A stretch of 64,000 nt of DNA from an uncultured Gemmatimonadaceae bacterium (GCA_964518955.1 CAZFHS010000017.1:34789-98788); one strand, 5' to 3'; shown: positions 9,044 to 19,113, counted from the first letter of the stretch. Notes: generated by a model from the sequence alone, not told the origin. Program-made: numbers and translations.

Positions 9044-10135
9044 ATGGCGCAATCCAAACACGACGCAAAACAGCTCAGCTCGTTCCTCACCGAGTACGAG
9101 ATATATGTGAGGGAAATCCTGCGTCCCACGCAGGAAGAAATCTCCCGGCTCATATCCAGCTGGGAGACACCCACATACTGGGCCAAGTATGCGAAGACTA
9201 AGGGAGTACCTGTCCCAACCCCGATCCGTGCTGCTTTCTCCCGCATTAAGCGGCCGGAGCAGGTGGTCGACAAGATACTTCGCAAACCCGAGGAATATCC
9301 GGACGGGTTGAGCCCGAAGAGCTTCAAACGCATGTACGACACGATTGGCCTCAGAGTGATCGTGTACTTCCTGCGGCACATACCATTGCTCGATGGAGAC
9401 CTCAGAAACTCGAAGATCATCGAGATCTCTGGTGAGGAGCAGCCTGTTGCTTACATGGGTGCGCATGAAGCTTCTATCCTGAGCCTCGATCATCTCGACC
9501 AGGAGCAGAAGGAGAGTGGATACCGCTCGGTCCACTATCTCGTTCGTATGAAGGAAAGCAGTGTCCCGGAGGAGTTGAGACCGGTTTTCGAGCTTCAGGT
9601 GAGGACGGCAGCCCAAGATCTCTGGAGTACTCTCGAGCACCATTTGGGATACAAACCCACCAAGCGAACACACTCGATGGCAAAAGCACAGCTCAGAGTG
9701 CTTAGCGGTTTGCTACGTGTGGTTGACGAGAACTTCAATCTCCTTTACGAGGAGTTGAATCGATCGTACGACGATCGGGATTACAGCACCAACGAGGAAC
9801 TGACCGCTGAGGTGCTGCCATTGGTGCTGTCTGAGGTCGGTCTCAGCTGCAACCAGCGAGACATCAACAACATTTTGACCCTCCTCTTCAGCCGCGGAAT
9901 CAAGACCGTTGGCCAGCTGCTCAAGCTCGCTGCGCCCAGTAGACTGGAGCTAATTGGCAACACGTACGTGTCAGTCGCTGGCCGCGACCCCACAAATCTC
10001 GAGATCATCGCCACACTTGCTGCGGTACGCGGAGCAGCCAGTCATGCCGAAGCAATTAGGCGGATCAAGCTGCAAATGGACTACCTAGGGGCTACCGATA
10101 CCATACGTCAGCAGTCCCGAATTGAAGAGATGTAA
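9044..10135 (+). CDS. RelA/SpoT-domain protein (stand-alone small alarmone synthetase-like nucleotide pyrophosphokinase) with an uncharacterised C-terminal domain
   Basis: 363 aa. Synthetase-domain motifs in the canonical order: FSRIKRPEQVVDKILRK, DTIGLRVIVYF, ESGYRSVHYLV, FELQVRTAAQDLWSTLEHHLGYKP. No HD hydrolase, TGS or ACT region. Starts 12 nt after the upstream stop. Confidence 0.85.
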   Translation: MAQSKHDAKQLSSFLTEYEIYVREILRPTQEEISRLISSWETPTYWAKYAKTKGVPVPTPIRAAFSRIKRPEQVVDKILRKPEEYPDGLSPKSFKRMYDTIGLRVIVYFLRHIPLLDGDLRNSKIIEISGEEQPVAYMGAHEASILSLDHLDQEQKESGYRSVHYLVRMKESSVPEELRPVFELQVRTAAQDLWSTLEHHLGYKPTKRTHSMAKAQLRVLSGLLRVVDENFNLLYEELNRSYDDRDYSTNEELTAEVLPLVLSEVGLSCNQRDINNILTLLFSRGIKTVGQLLKLAAPSRLELIGNTYVSVAGRDPTNLEIIATLAAVRGAASHAEAIRRIKLQMDYLGATDTIRQQSRIEEM

Positions 10136-10251
10136 CACGCCACGCCATGGTGTCCGACGATCGGCCGTAACCCTATCAGCCAAATTGCCTACCAAAATCG
10201 AACGAGCGCTCGGAGGTCTTTCCTGCTGGAAGGTGAGGTGATTGGCGCAGT

Positions 10252-10818
10252 CTAGGCCGCTCTGCGCTCAATACCGCTACGCCGGTCTTCTTCTACGCGA
10301 CGGTCGTCTTTCCTGAAAAACAGGCGGCCCAAGAGTTGCCGGCCACAGCGCTGGTGTGTTCGGCGTTCGTGGTCTTGGCGGCGATCCCTCTCGAGTTTCG
10401 TTCGGGTTTGGCACTCCGCGATTTTTGCCTTGAAAGCCTCCACCCCGGCTGCCCGGATGGCGTTGTCGTGCTTCAATCCTTCGACGAATAGTTCGCGTAT
10501 GGTCTGCAACAGATGCTCGAGTTCGTCTTTGGATGCGACAGGTATCTCTGTGGCGTATCCCAGGTCACCGTTCTGGAGGTACCGGGCCACAACCAATGTG
10601 CCCCCGGTTAGCTCGTCGGCGAGTTCTCGAATTGCGATTTCGTAGTCAACTTCGCCTCTGTCGTCAAACGGTGGTGGATACCAATTACGTCGGAAGGACA
10701 CGCGTAACATGCCGTCGCCTGCGTCATCCGGTATTTCAGCGAAGAGGTCGCCTACGCGATCGCGTCGGAGACTCCGGAGTTTTCCGGAGGGTTTCTGGGA
10801 GGCTCGATTGGACGACAT
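10252..10818 (-). CDS. Hypothetical protein with an Arg-rich DRR-repeat C-terminal tail
   Basis: 188-aa ORF starting at an ATG, convergent with the RelA/SpoT gene. The tail reads ERDRRQDHERRTHQR...RKDDRRVEEDRRSGIERR. No family recognised. Confidence 0.55.
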   Translation of the reverse strand: MSSNRASQKPSGKLRSLRRDRVGDLFAEIPDDAGDGMLRVSFRRNWYPPPFDDRGEVDYEIAIRELADELTGGTLVVARYLQNGDLGYATEIPVASKDELEHLLQTIRELFVEGLKHDNAIRAAGVEAFKAKIAECQTRTKLERDRRQDHERRTHQRCGRQLLGRLFFRKDDRRVEEDRRSGIERRAA

Positions 10819-10999
10819 GAAAGTTCGTTACGAGTCGTGGTCAAACTAATACCAAAATACCACATTGTGCCAGATTGTCCAGCTGCCGATCTTGCATCCA
10901 TTACGATTGTCTTGTTGCATACCTAGCCAACAGCAATCGCACCGTGCAGTTTACTTCCTCGGCCAATACGGCCGTTACCCACCGCAAAGTGAGGTCGGC

Positions 11000-11839
11000 A
11001 TGCGCGCGACTCGATTCCTGTCCGTTTTGGGGTTGTTCACAGTCGGAGCAGCAAATTTCCTGTACGCCCAGGCCACCACACCCGACCCCGAGACGCCCCG
11101 AGTACTCGATGCTCACGATACGGTGTTCCTCGAGGAGATGACCTGGCTCGAGGTACGCGACGCGATCAGGGCGGGGAAGACGACCGCAATCATTCCGACT
11201 GGTGGCATCGAGCAGAATGGGCCGTACCTCGCACTAGGCAAGCACAACTACATTTTGCAGGCAACTACCGACCGTATAGCGCGGATGTTGGGGGACGCAC
11301 TGGTTGCGCCGATCGTTTCTTTCGTGCCCGAGGGAAATATCGACCCACCGAGTGGTCATATGCTCTATCCCGGTACCATCAGCGTGACGGAGGAGACATT
11401 CCGAGCCCTTCTCAGAGACATAGCTCGGAGCCTCCGCGCTCACGGGTTCTTGAACATCATCCTGATCGGCGATAGTGGCGGCAACCAGGATGGCATGCGA
11501 GCAGTTGCAGATCAGTTATCTGCCGCGTGGGCCGAAGATGAAACTGAGATACACTTCATTCCGGAGTACTACGACAATCCTTTATGGAATCAATGGCTCG
11601 AGCTGCGCGGTATTCAACAGGTTGACGAAGGGTTGCACGACGACGTGAGGCATTCAGCTATCATGATGACGGTAGACCCAACTACGGTCCGCATGGAACA
11701 ACGAATTGCCCAGGGAATGTTCTCCATCAACGGAGTTGCTCTCGAGCCGTCGGACCTCACCATAGAGCTCGGGTGGGAACTGGTGGAGTATCAGGCTACG
11801 ATTACCGCAAACGCGATTCGAATGGCAATTGGAGGTTAG
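11000..11839 (+). CDS. Creatininase (creatinine amidohydrolase) family protein, secreted
   Basis: ORF 10865..11839. Start moved to ATG 11000 (MRATRFLSVLGLFTVGAANFLYAQ signal peptide). Motifs IIPTGGIEQNGPYLALGKH, GHMLYPGTISV, IILIGDSGGNQ. Confidence 0.8.
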   Translation: MRATRFLSVLGLFTVGAANFLYAQATTPDPETPRVLDAHDTVFLEEMTWLEVRDAIRAGKTTAIIPTGGIEQNGPYLALGKHNYILQATTDRIARMLGDALVAPIVSFVPEGNIDPPSGHMLYPGTISVTEETFRALLRDIARSLRAHGFLNIILIGDSGGNQDGMRAVADQLSAAWAEDETEIHFIPEYYDNPLWNQWLELRGIQQVDEGLHDDVRHSAIMMTVDPTTVRMEQRIAQGMFSINGVALEPSDLTIELGWELVEYQATITANAIRMAIGG

Positions 11840-11845
11840 GCGGCC

Positions 11846-12400
11846 TCAGCCCTCGAGTTGCGGCTCCACATGTTTCTCAAAGCAAGAGGGACAAATGCCG
11901 TGCGAGAACTCTGCGTCGGTTCGTTGAGCGACGAACGATTCAATCTGCTGCCAGCTATCGTCTTTCCCGCGGATCTTCTTGCAATACGAGCATATCGGTA
12001 GCAGGCCCTCGAGATTTCTCACATCGGCCTGCAATCCGAGGATACGCTCTGCGACACGAAGGCGCGCCTCCAGCTCGGGCGGGCTGACTGGCTTGTTCGC
12101 GAAGTCGTCTGCGCCAGCATTGATGCCGTCAACGAAATTCTGCTTTCCAATTCGCCCAGTCAGCATGATGATGTACGTGTATTTCTCTCGCTCGGCTTCT
12201 CTGATGCGACGGCATAACTCCAGTCCGTCCATCACTGGCATCTCCCAATCCACGATCAGTACTCCGAATTCCAAAGAATTGAAGATGTCCCAGGCTTCCT
12301 GACCATTCTCGGCTTCGAGAACGTCGTGGCCCAACTTCCTGAGTAGTGAGCAGACCACCGTCCGCGCTACCAGGTCGTCGTCAACGGCGAGGATATTCAT
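11846..12400 (-). CDS. Response regulator (receiver domain) with a C-terminal CxxC...CxxC tail
   Basis: MNILAVDDD...LIVDWEMPVMDG...ANKP is a CheY-like receiver. The tail is LPICSYCKKIRGKDDSWQQIESFVAQRTDAEFSHGICPSCF. Confidence 0.85.
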   Translation of the reverse strand: MNILAVDDDLVARTVVCSLLRKLGHDVLEAENGQEAWDIFNSLEFGVLIVDWEMPVMDGLELCRRIREAEREKYTYIIMLTGRIGKQNFVDGINAGADDFANKPVSPPELEARLRVAERILGLQADVRNLEGLLPICSYCKKIRGKDDSWQQIESFVAQRTDAEFSHGICPSCFEKHVEPQLEG

Positions 12401-12569
12401 GCGATATCGATACCTACATTTGTACGTACCGGCAAGCGTAGCGCCATAAGATCAAGTGAACGAACGTTTTAGCACATGTCCGAAATCCACGACTTTGCTG
12501 GCACCGAAGTTTGGAATATGCAATATTGAAAGTCCGCGTAATGCGTCTAGTTCAGGTCGTTGACCATAG

Positions 12570-15500
12570 GTGCTCCCGCGATTAACGAATGCGCATGGAG
12601 GTTCGTACTTGAGTAGTCCATCGTTCGCAGGCACGACTCGCGTAGTGGGGAGTCGGCGACGCCTGGCGTTTTTGGTGGTTGGAATGGCCGTTGTCGGGAT
12701 CAGCGTCGTGTTCGTGACAGCTTTTGTGCTTTACAGAGCTGCATTCGAAGGTCAGCGGGCGCGGCTTGTGGACACCGTGCGCAGCCGTGCCCGGCTCATT
12801 GAGTCGGTCGCAGATTTCGATCGACAGTTCAGCCCTGACTATCCCGGAGGTGCCGCCGAAGCCACGATAGCCCAGATCACTACTGCGCACGAACGATTCG
12901 AGGGATCTGGCGGCACGGGCGAGTTCACTCTTGCTAGACAGGTCAACAACTCGATTGTCTTTCTTCTCGCACATGGCCGCGAAGGGGTGGTCGTCCCCGA
13001 TCCGATATCGTTCGAATCGGACTTAGCCGAGCCGATGCGACGAGCGTTGCGCGGCGAATCCGGCACCGTCGTGGGCCTCGACTATCGTGGCGATTTGGTC
13101 TTGGCCGCGTTCGAACCGACCGCAGGTCTGGGACTCGGGGTCGTTGCGAAGGTCGATATCGCTAAAATCCGCGAGCCGTTTGTGCGTGCGTCCTTATGGG
13201 CGTTGATCGCGGGGGCGGTTTTGATCGCGTTGGGCGCGCTTCTGTTTCGCGCGATCATGGAACCCCTGATAGGAGACATGTGGACCAGTGAGCATAAGTT
13301 CCGGTCGTTGTTTGAGCGTTCATTGGATGCGATTGCGATAGTCAATACGGAGGGTGCGCTCAAGGATGCAAACGAGGCTTTGTACGAACTGCTCGGTTAT
13401 GAAAGGAGCGAACTGCTCGGCGCAACGGTGGACTCGCTGTATGCGGAACCCGAACTGAGGCGAAATTTTGTCGATGCAATCGATGCAAGTGGGTCGGTAA
13501 GGGGCTTTGAAGCTAGGCTCTGTCGGAAAGACGGATCCCAGATCGATTGCCTGATGACTGCTGTGACGCGGGTCGGCCAAAAAGGGGATTGTCTCGGACA
13601 CGTGATGATCATCCGCGATGTCACCGAAGGGAAGCGGGTGGAATCCCTGATGCGTTTCCAGTCGACCATGTTATCGAGCATGGCCGACGCGGTGATTACG
13701 TCGGAGCCGGATTTTTCCATCAGAGGCTGGAATGTCGGCGCCGAGAAGATGTATGGATGGCGTGAAGACGAAGTTCTGGGAAAAACGATGCCCGACGTCG
13801 TTGATATCGAGTATCCGCTGAACACCCGAGACGAAGTGGTGGAGGATTTTCGAAAGCACGGGTTCTGGAGTGGCGAAGTGGTTCACACGAACCGTGAAGG
13901 GCGTCGGATGCGCGTCCTGTCGGTCGTGACGCAGGTCAGGGACGATGCTGGAGAGCCTGTGGGCGTCGTCGCCGTCAACAGAGACATCACTCAGAGAGTC
14001 CGGATAGTAGAGGAGCTGAGAGCAGAGCGCAATCGCGCGCAACTGTATCTGGACGTTGCGAGTGTGATGCTGATCGTGCTCGATTCGGATGGGCGCATTG
14101 CTCTGATCAACCGCAAGGGATTGGAGATTTTGGGGTACGACACCCAAGAGGAGTTGTTGGGGAATAGCTGGTTCGAGACCTGCATTCCGGATGACCAAGT
14201 CATGGAGGTGCGGTCTGTGTTCGGTAGCCTACTGTCGGGAGATGCAGATTCTGTCGAGTTCCACTGCAATCCTGTCCTCACAAAAGCCGGTGAGCTGCGA
14301 TTGATCGCATTCCACAATGCGCTGATATTCGACGAAAATGGGAATCCCAGCGGCGTGCTCAGCTCCGGAGAGGACATCACCGAGCGCACCCGTGTAGAGG
14401 AGGCGATGCGGGAGTCTGAGGCGGAGTACCGTGAGCTGTTTGAAAACGCCCCTAACGGCATCTACAGGTCCACCACCGACGGTAGGTTCACGGCAGTGAA
14501 CCCAGCATTGGTTCGCATGTTGAAATACGATTCCGCGGAAGAGCTTCTCGGGGTCCATATGGCGGAGGATCTGTACGTCGATCCGTTGGAGCGAGACCGG
14601 TTCATCAAGCAACACAGTGAGACGCAAACAGGGTTCAATGAAGAAGTGCTTTGGCAGCGAAAGGACGGCAATCGCATAACGGTTTCTCTGAAAGGACGGT
14701 CGTTATTTGCTGCAGATGGCACCATCTCCGGATTCGAGGCGATGGCCGAGGATGTGACGGAGCAACGCCAATTGGAGAGTCAGCTCAGGCAAGCGCAGAA
14801 GATGGAGGCGATAGGCCAACTAACCGGTGGCATTGCACACGATTTCAATAATGAACTTCTGGTGATTCTACTGAACACGCAGATGTTGGCAGAAGGGATA
14901 GTGCAAGGGGAGACACCGCGAATTGATGAACTCAGCGACATCAAAGAGGCCGCGCAGCGTGCTTCGGAAATCACGCAGCAACTGGTCGGCTTCAGTCGCC
15001 GAGCGGCACTCAAGCGCGTGCCCACAAACCTCGCGACCCGGGTAACGAAGATCTCTTCGATGCTCGCCCGAATTCTCCCAGCGGACATTCAAGTTAAGAC
15101 CGAGGTTGATGAGGCAGTGTCGTCGGTGGCGGTGGACCCCAACTCGGTCGAACAGATTCTTCTGAACCTCGCAACGAATGCCCGGCACGCCATGCCAGAT
15201 GGAGGCGAGCTGAAGGTGCAGGTATGGGAAGCCGATCTCGACGAAGAATATTGCCGAAAATACACGCCAACTGAACCTGGGCGTTACGTCTTGCTAGCTG
15301 TGACCGATACCGGAATCGGAATGGACGACGAAGTACAGGCGAAGATCTTTGAGCCGTTTTTCACCACGCGGCCCGTGGGAGAGGGCACCGGCCTCGGAAT
15401 GGCGATGGTTTACGGGCTCACCAAGCAGCAGCAGGGTTTCGTGCACGTCGACAGCGAACTGGGGATAGGCACTGCTATCAGGCTCGCCTTTCCAGTCGTC

Positions 15501-15926
15501 GAAGAACCGGCTGCAGTAACGAGTGAGCATGAAGTCGTAACGGCCCCGGCCACCGGTGGCAAAGAGACGATTCTATTCGTGGACGACGAAAAAGCTCTAA
15601 GGAGAGTCGGGCAACGCGTGTTGGAGTCGCACGGTTATTCGGTAGTCACCGCGAGCGATGGTTTGGATGCGCTGGACAAGATCCACTCAGGCCAAACCGG
15701 GTTCGACTTGATCATAACCGATCTCATGATGCCCAATATGAATGGAGTGGATTTCTGTACCGCCATGGAGCAAGAGGGGATGACTATCCCGGTTGTTCTC
15801 GCGAGCGGACACTCGGATCGCGATATCCAGACGCAGATGGCAGGCAGGGAGTCTATCACATTTTTGAGAAAGCCGTGGGCTGTGCAGGAGATGCTCGCTG
15901 CCGTCCGGAAGGCGCTGGACACGTAA
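12570..15926 (+). CDS. Hybrid sensor histidine kinase: extracytoplasmic sensor region, several PAS domains, HisKA/HATPase, C-terminal receiver
   Basis: 1118-aa ORF. Two TM segments bracket a ~170-aa loop. Repeated PAS-like blocks (..FRSLFE.., ..[13 protein letters not shown]..). H-box [10 protein letters not shown]-boxes DTGIGMD and GTGLGMAMV. Receiver ILFVDDE...[12 protein letters not shown]...LRKP. The GTG 12570 start is uncertain; in-frame GTG/ATG alternatives exist within the next ~110 nt. Confidence 0.85.
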   Translation: MLPRLTNAHGGSYLSSPSFAGTTRVVGSRRRLAFLVVGMAVVGISVVFVTAFVLYRAAFEGQRARLVDTVRSRARLIESVADFDRQFSPDYPGGAAEATIAQITTAHERFEGSGGTGEFTLARQVNNSIVFLLAHGREGVVVPDPISFESDLAEPMRRALRGESGTVVGLDYRGDLVLAAFEPTAGLGLGVVAKVDIAKIREPFVRASLWALIAGAVLIALGALLFRAIMEPLIGDMWTSEHKFRSLFERSLDAIAIVNTEGALKDANEALYELLGYERSELLGATVDSLYAEPELRRNFVDAIDASGSVRGFEARLCRKDGSQIDCLMTAVTRVGQKGDCLGHVMIIRDVTEGKRVESLMRFQSTMLSSMADAVITSEPDFSIRGWNVGAEKMYGWREDEVLGKTMPDVVDIEYPLNTRDEVVEDFRKHGFWSGEVVHTNREGRRMRVLSVVTQVRDDAGEPVGVVAVNRDITQRVRIVEELRAERNRAQLYLDVASVMLIVLDSDGRIALINRKGLEILGYDTQEELLGNSWFETCIPDDQVMEVRSVFGSLLSGDADSVEFHCNPVLTKAGELRLIAFHNALIFDENGNPSGVLSSGEDITERTRVEEAMRESEAEYRELFENAPNGIYRSTTDGRFTAVNPALVRMLKYDSAEELLGVHMAEDLYVDPLERDRFIKQHSETQTGFNEEVLWQRKDGNRITVSLKGRSLFAADGTISGFEAMAEDVTEQRQLESQLRQAQKMEAIGQLTGGIAHDFNNELLVILLNTQMLAEGIVQGETPRIDELSDIKEAAQRASEITQQLVGFSRRAALKRVPTNLATRVTKISSMLARILPADIQVKTEVDEAVSSVAVDPNSVEQILLNLATNARHAMPDGGELKVQVWEADLDEEYCRKYTPTEPGRYVLLAVTDTGIGMDDEVQAKIFEPFFTTRPVGEGTGLGMAMVYGLTKQQQGFVHVDSELGIGTAIRLAFPVVEEPAAVTSEHEVVTAPATGGKETILFVDDEKALRRVGQRVLESHGYSVVTASDGLDALDKIHSGQTGFDLIITDLMMPNMNGVDFCTAMEQEGMTIPVVLASGHSDRDIQTQMAGRESITFLRKPWAVQEMLAAVRKALDT

Positions 15927-15950
15927 TCTCGGGTGACGATTCCGGTCGCA

Positions 15951-15986
15951 CTGCCTCTCCTCCCACCCCTGCACCTCTGACTCTCG
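15951..15986. repeat. C-rich nonamer micro-array (CTGCCTCTC CTCCCACCC CTGCACCTC TGACTCTCG)
   Basis: Read directly in the spacer between the kinase stop (15926) and the PadR start. The units resemble those of the C-rich arm at 39416-39451 (CTCCCGCTC x2, CTCCCACCT, CTGCCCTCC). Confidence 0.55.
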
Positions 15987-16089
15987 GCCGCTCGACCTTG
16001 GTCGATCGTGAAACCTCCCCAACCCTGCCTCCGTATTCATCTACAAAAGTGAACATCAATGAACGCTTTTGCGGAACATTGGAGGCGGT

Positions 16090-16428
16090 GTGTCAAAAGG
16101 TGAGTATCTAGGTGAGTTCGAACAGATGGTTTTGCTGGCTCTGTTGAGGCTCAAAGACGACGCATATGGAGTGACTGTGCGTCGGGAAATTCAAAGCCGA
16201 ACGGATCGCAGGGTTGCCATCGGGGCGGTGTACGCATGCCTGGAGAGATTGGAAAGAAAGGGCTTGGTCGATTCGACCATTTCCGACCCACAACCGGTTC
16301 CGGGCGGACGCTCTAGGAAGTATTTCAGATTCACGCGAACCGGCGCCGAAGCCCTCCAACTGTCTCGCGAGATGATGCAGCGTATGACCGAGGGATTGGC
16401 TGTGGACTCGGAACTCGAGGCCATATGA
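16090..16428 (+). CDS. PadR-family transcriptional regulator (module 1)
   Basis: ORF 16069..16428. GTG 16090 lies 4 nt after GGAGG and gives the same 7-residue N-terminus length as the other two PadR paralogs. Winged-helix block LLALLRLKDDAYGVTVRREI...AVYACLERLERKGLV...GGRSRKYFRFT. Confidence 0.85.
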   Translation: MSKGEYLGEFEQMVLLALLRLKDDAYGVTVRREIQSRTDRRVAIGAVYACLERLERKGLVDSTISDPQPVPGGRSRKYFRFTRTGAEALQLSREMMQRMTEGLAVDSELEAI

Positions 16429-19091
16429 TAGCTACAAAACCTCCTCGACTCGCTCGGTTCCTCATCCGCGTTGTGGTCCCAAAGCGCGACCGTGTATTCG
16501 TAGTCCGGGATCTCGATGAAGAGTTCACATCGCTCATCGAGCGCGAGCACGATGCCTCTGCTGCGCGTCGGTGGTATTGGTCTCAAGTTTTTGGATCGAT
16601 CCTCCCGAGTATCAAGAGAGAACGACACCGCGGCAAACGGCAGGAAAAGCAAGTCAGGTTGAGAGCCGAAACACTGCTGCAAGACATTCGATTCGGGTTG
16701 CGCATGTTGCGCAGACACCCCGGCCTTTCCTTGTCGGCAGTCGTGACGTTTGGTCTCGGCATCGGGCTCACGACAGCAATCTTCAGCATTGTGAATGGAG
16801 CTCTATTCAAGGGACTTCCCTTCGAGGATGCCAATCGTGTCATCTGGATCGAGAGCCGCGATCTGTCTCTCGATGGTCGGCGTCTGAATACGACGCTCCA
16901 CGATTTCTTGGACATCCGAGATCAGCAGACCGCCTTCGAAGGGTTCGCTGCGTTGACGATCCAAACGGTCAACCTGTCTGGTGAGGAGGGCCGGCCCGAA
17001 CGTCATACGGGTCTGTTCACTTCTCGCGGGCTTTTCGGAGCTCTTAGAGTCACACCGCTCATAGGTCGCGTGTTTGCCGAGGGCGAAGACTTGCCCGGTG
17101 CTGACCCTGTGATGCTGATAGGATACGACGTCTGGCAAGATCGGTTTGGCGGCACGGCCGATATTCTGGGCAAGACCGCGTGGGCCAACGGGGTCCAACG
17201 CTCGATTATCGGAGTGATGCCAGAGGGATTCATGTTTCCCGACAGGGAACAGGTATGGTTGCCTCTCACGCTCGATCCGTTGTCGGTAGAGCGAGGTGAC
17301 GATCGAACGTATGGCTTGGTAGGCAGGCTCGCAGACGGTTTCTCGATGGATGAGGCGAACGCGCAGGTGGCCACGATCGCTGCACGGCTCGCGCGTGAGT
17401 ATCCCGAGACCAACGAGAACATCGGTGCCGCAGTTCGAACATTCACCGATCTACTCGGCGATGACATGAATGCCCTTCTACTGACCATGCTGGGAGCGGT
17501 GTTGGGTGTTCTGATGATTGCGAGCGTCAACGTCGCCAACCTTCTCCTTGCCCGAGCGTCGGTTCGGACCAGAGAAATGGCCGTCCGTACCGCTCTGGGA
17601 GCAGGGCGTGCCCGAGTCGTCTCCCAACTTCTCACTGAAGTTCTGGTACTTGCCATTGTCGGCGGGATTCTGGGTGTCGGCCTTGGGTACGGCGGTCTCA
17701 TAGCTTTTGACACGCTCACCATTGATGAGCCGCCTCCATTCTGGATCACGTTCGAACCCGACCACAGAGTGATGTTCTTCGTGATGGCGGTCACTGCCTT
17801 GTCGGCTATCTTCGCCGGTGTATTCCCAGCACTTCAGGCTTCGGGCGCGGATGTCGGGGAGACGCTCAAGGACCAATCCCGGGGGTCATCGAGCCTCAGG
17901 CTCAGCAAGGTGACGGGCGCCCTCGTCATCACCGAAATCGCAGTCTCGTGTGGATTGCTCATCGCAGCTGGTCTCATGATAAAAAGTGTCGTGGGCCTGA
18001 AAACGATCGACCTCGCGTTCGCGACCGACAACGTCTTCACGGCCAGAGTGAACTTGCCGGCAGCGGAATATCCGGACACTGCTAGTCGTGTCCTGCTGTA
18101 TGAGGAACTTTTGCCGAGGTTGGAGGCAATTCCCGGAGTTGAAGCGGCAACCATTTCAGACGGCCTCCCCGCATCTGGCAACGGCACGCGAGCGTTCGAG
18201 GTTGAGGGCCAGAGCTATGGAGTCGACGAGGATTATCCGGTTGGCCGCGAAGGAGTAGTGACGCCGGGGTATTTCAGAACGTTCGAGGCAGATGTATTGC
18301 AGGGCAGGGCATTCAGTACGATGGATAGATCTGGGAGCCTGCCGGTAGTTGTTGTGAACGAGACATTCGCTAGTTCATACTTCCCGGCAGGCGAGGTGCT
18401 CGGGCGACGCATCAGAATGTATGAGGCCGATGTCGGGACTGAGTGGCTCACGATTGTTGGTGTCGTACCCGACCTGAAGATGGAAGGGATTAACAATCGT
18501 CAGGGCAGTCCGGCGGGTTTCTACGTGCCAATCGCACAAGGCTCCGTCGGCACCTTTGCCAGTATTGCGGTCCGGACAAATGGTGCCCCGATGGATGTCA
18601 CCACCAGTGTCAGAGACGCTGTAGCGTCGATCGATCCCAACTTGCCGATCTATGACGTGATGTCGATGGACGGGGTAATCAGAAAGCAGACTTGGCAGCT
18701 GGGCATATTCGGCTGGGTGTTCATGGTGCTCGGGGTTGCGGCACTCTTTCTTGCTGCGATTGGCCTTTACGGAGTGATGTCCTTCGCGGTCACTCAGCGA
18801 ACTCAGGAGATGGGTGTCAGGATGGCACTTGGCGCGCCCAGCACGCGGCTTGTGAGAATGGTGATGCGACGAGGCCTCGTGCAGTTGTCCGTCGGGTTGG
18901 GTCTTGGCATGTGCATCGGCGTGCTTGCAGCCGGGCCTCTGCAGATGGTGTTGTTCGAGATCGACGCTCGCGACCCATTGGTGTTTGTTATGGTTGGGGC
19001 AACGTTGGTCGTAACGGGCTTTCTGGCGAGTTTGATTCCGGCGCGGCGCGTAACCAGGGTCGACCCGGTAAACGCGCTTACGCCGGAGTAG
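16425..19091 (+). CDS. ADOP-type duplicated MacB/FtsX-like permease (module 1)
   Basis: 888 aa. ATGA overlap with the PadR stop. N-terminal PPRLARFLIRVVVP motif, then two MacB-like periplasmic domains, each followed by an FtsX 4-TM block (...REMAVRTALGAGRARV... and ...QEMGVRMALGAPSTRL...). Confidence 0.9.
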   Translation: MIATKPPRLARFLIRVVVPKRDRVFVVRDLDEEFTSLIEREHDASAARRWYWSQVFGSILPSIKRERHRGKRQEKQVRLRAETLLQDIRFGLRMLRRHPGLSLSAVVTFGLGIGLTTAIFSIVNGALFKGLPFEDANRVIWIESRDLSLDGRRLNTTLHDFLDIRDQQTAFEGFAALTIQTVNLSGEEGRPERHTGLFTSRGLFGALRVTPLIGRVFAEGEDLPGADPVMLIGYDVWQDRFGGTADILGKTAWANGVQRSIIGVMPEGFMFPDREQVWLPLTLDPLSVERGDDRTYGLVGRLADGFSMDEANAQVATIAARLAREYPETNENIGAAVRTFTDLLGDDMNALLLTMLGAVLGVLMIASVNVANLLLARASVRTREMAVRTALGAGRARVVSQLLTEVLVLAIVGGILGVGLGYGGLIAFDTLTIDEPPPFWITFEPDHRVMFFVMAVTALSAIFAGVFPALQASGADVGETLKDQSRGSSSLRLSKVTGALVITEIAVSCGLLIAAGLMIKSVVGLKTIDLAFATDNVFTARVNLPAAEYPDTASRVLLYEELLPRLEAIPGVEAATISDGLPASGNGTRAFEVEGQSYGVDEDYPVGREGVVTPGYFRTFEADVLQGRAFSTMDRSGSLPVVVVNETFASSYFPAGEVLGRRIRMYEADVGTEWLTIVGVVPDLKMEGINNRQGSPAGFYVPIAQGSVGTFASIAVRTNGAPMDVTTSVRDAVASIDPNLPIYDVMSMDGVIRKQTWQLGIFGWVFMVLGVAALFLAAIGLYGVMSFAVTQRTQEMGVRMALGAPSTRLVRMVMRRGLVQLSVGLGLGMCIGVLAAGPLQMVLFEIDARDPLVFVMVGATLVVTGFLASLIPARRVTRVDPVNALTPE

Positions 19092-19113
19092 CGCGGGGGG
19101 CAGAGTCCAATTT

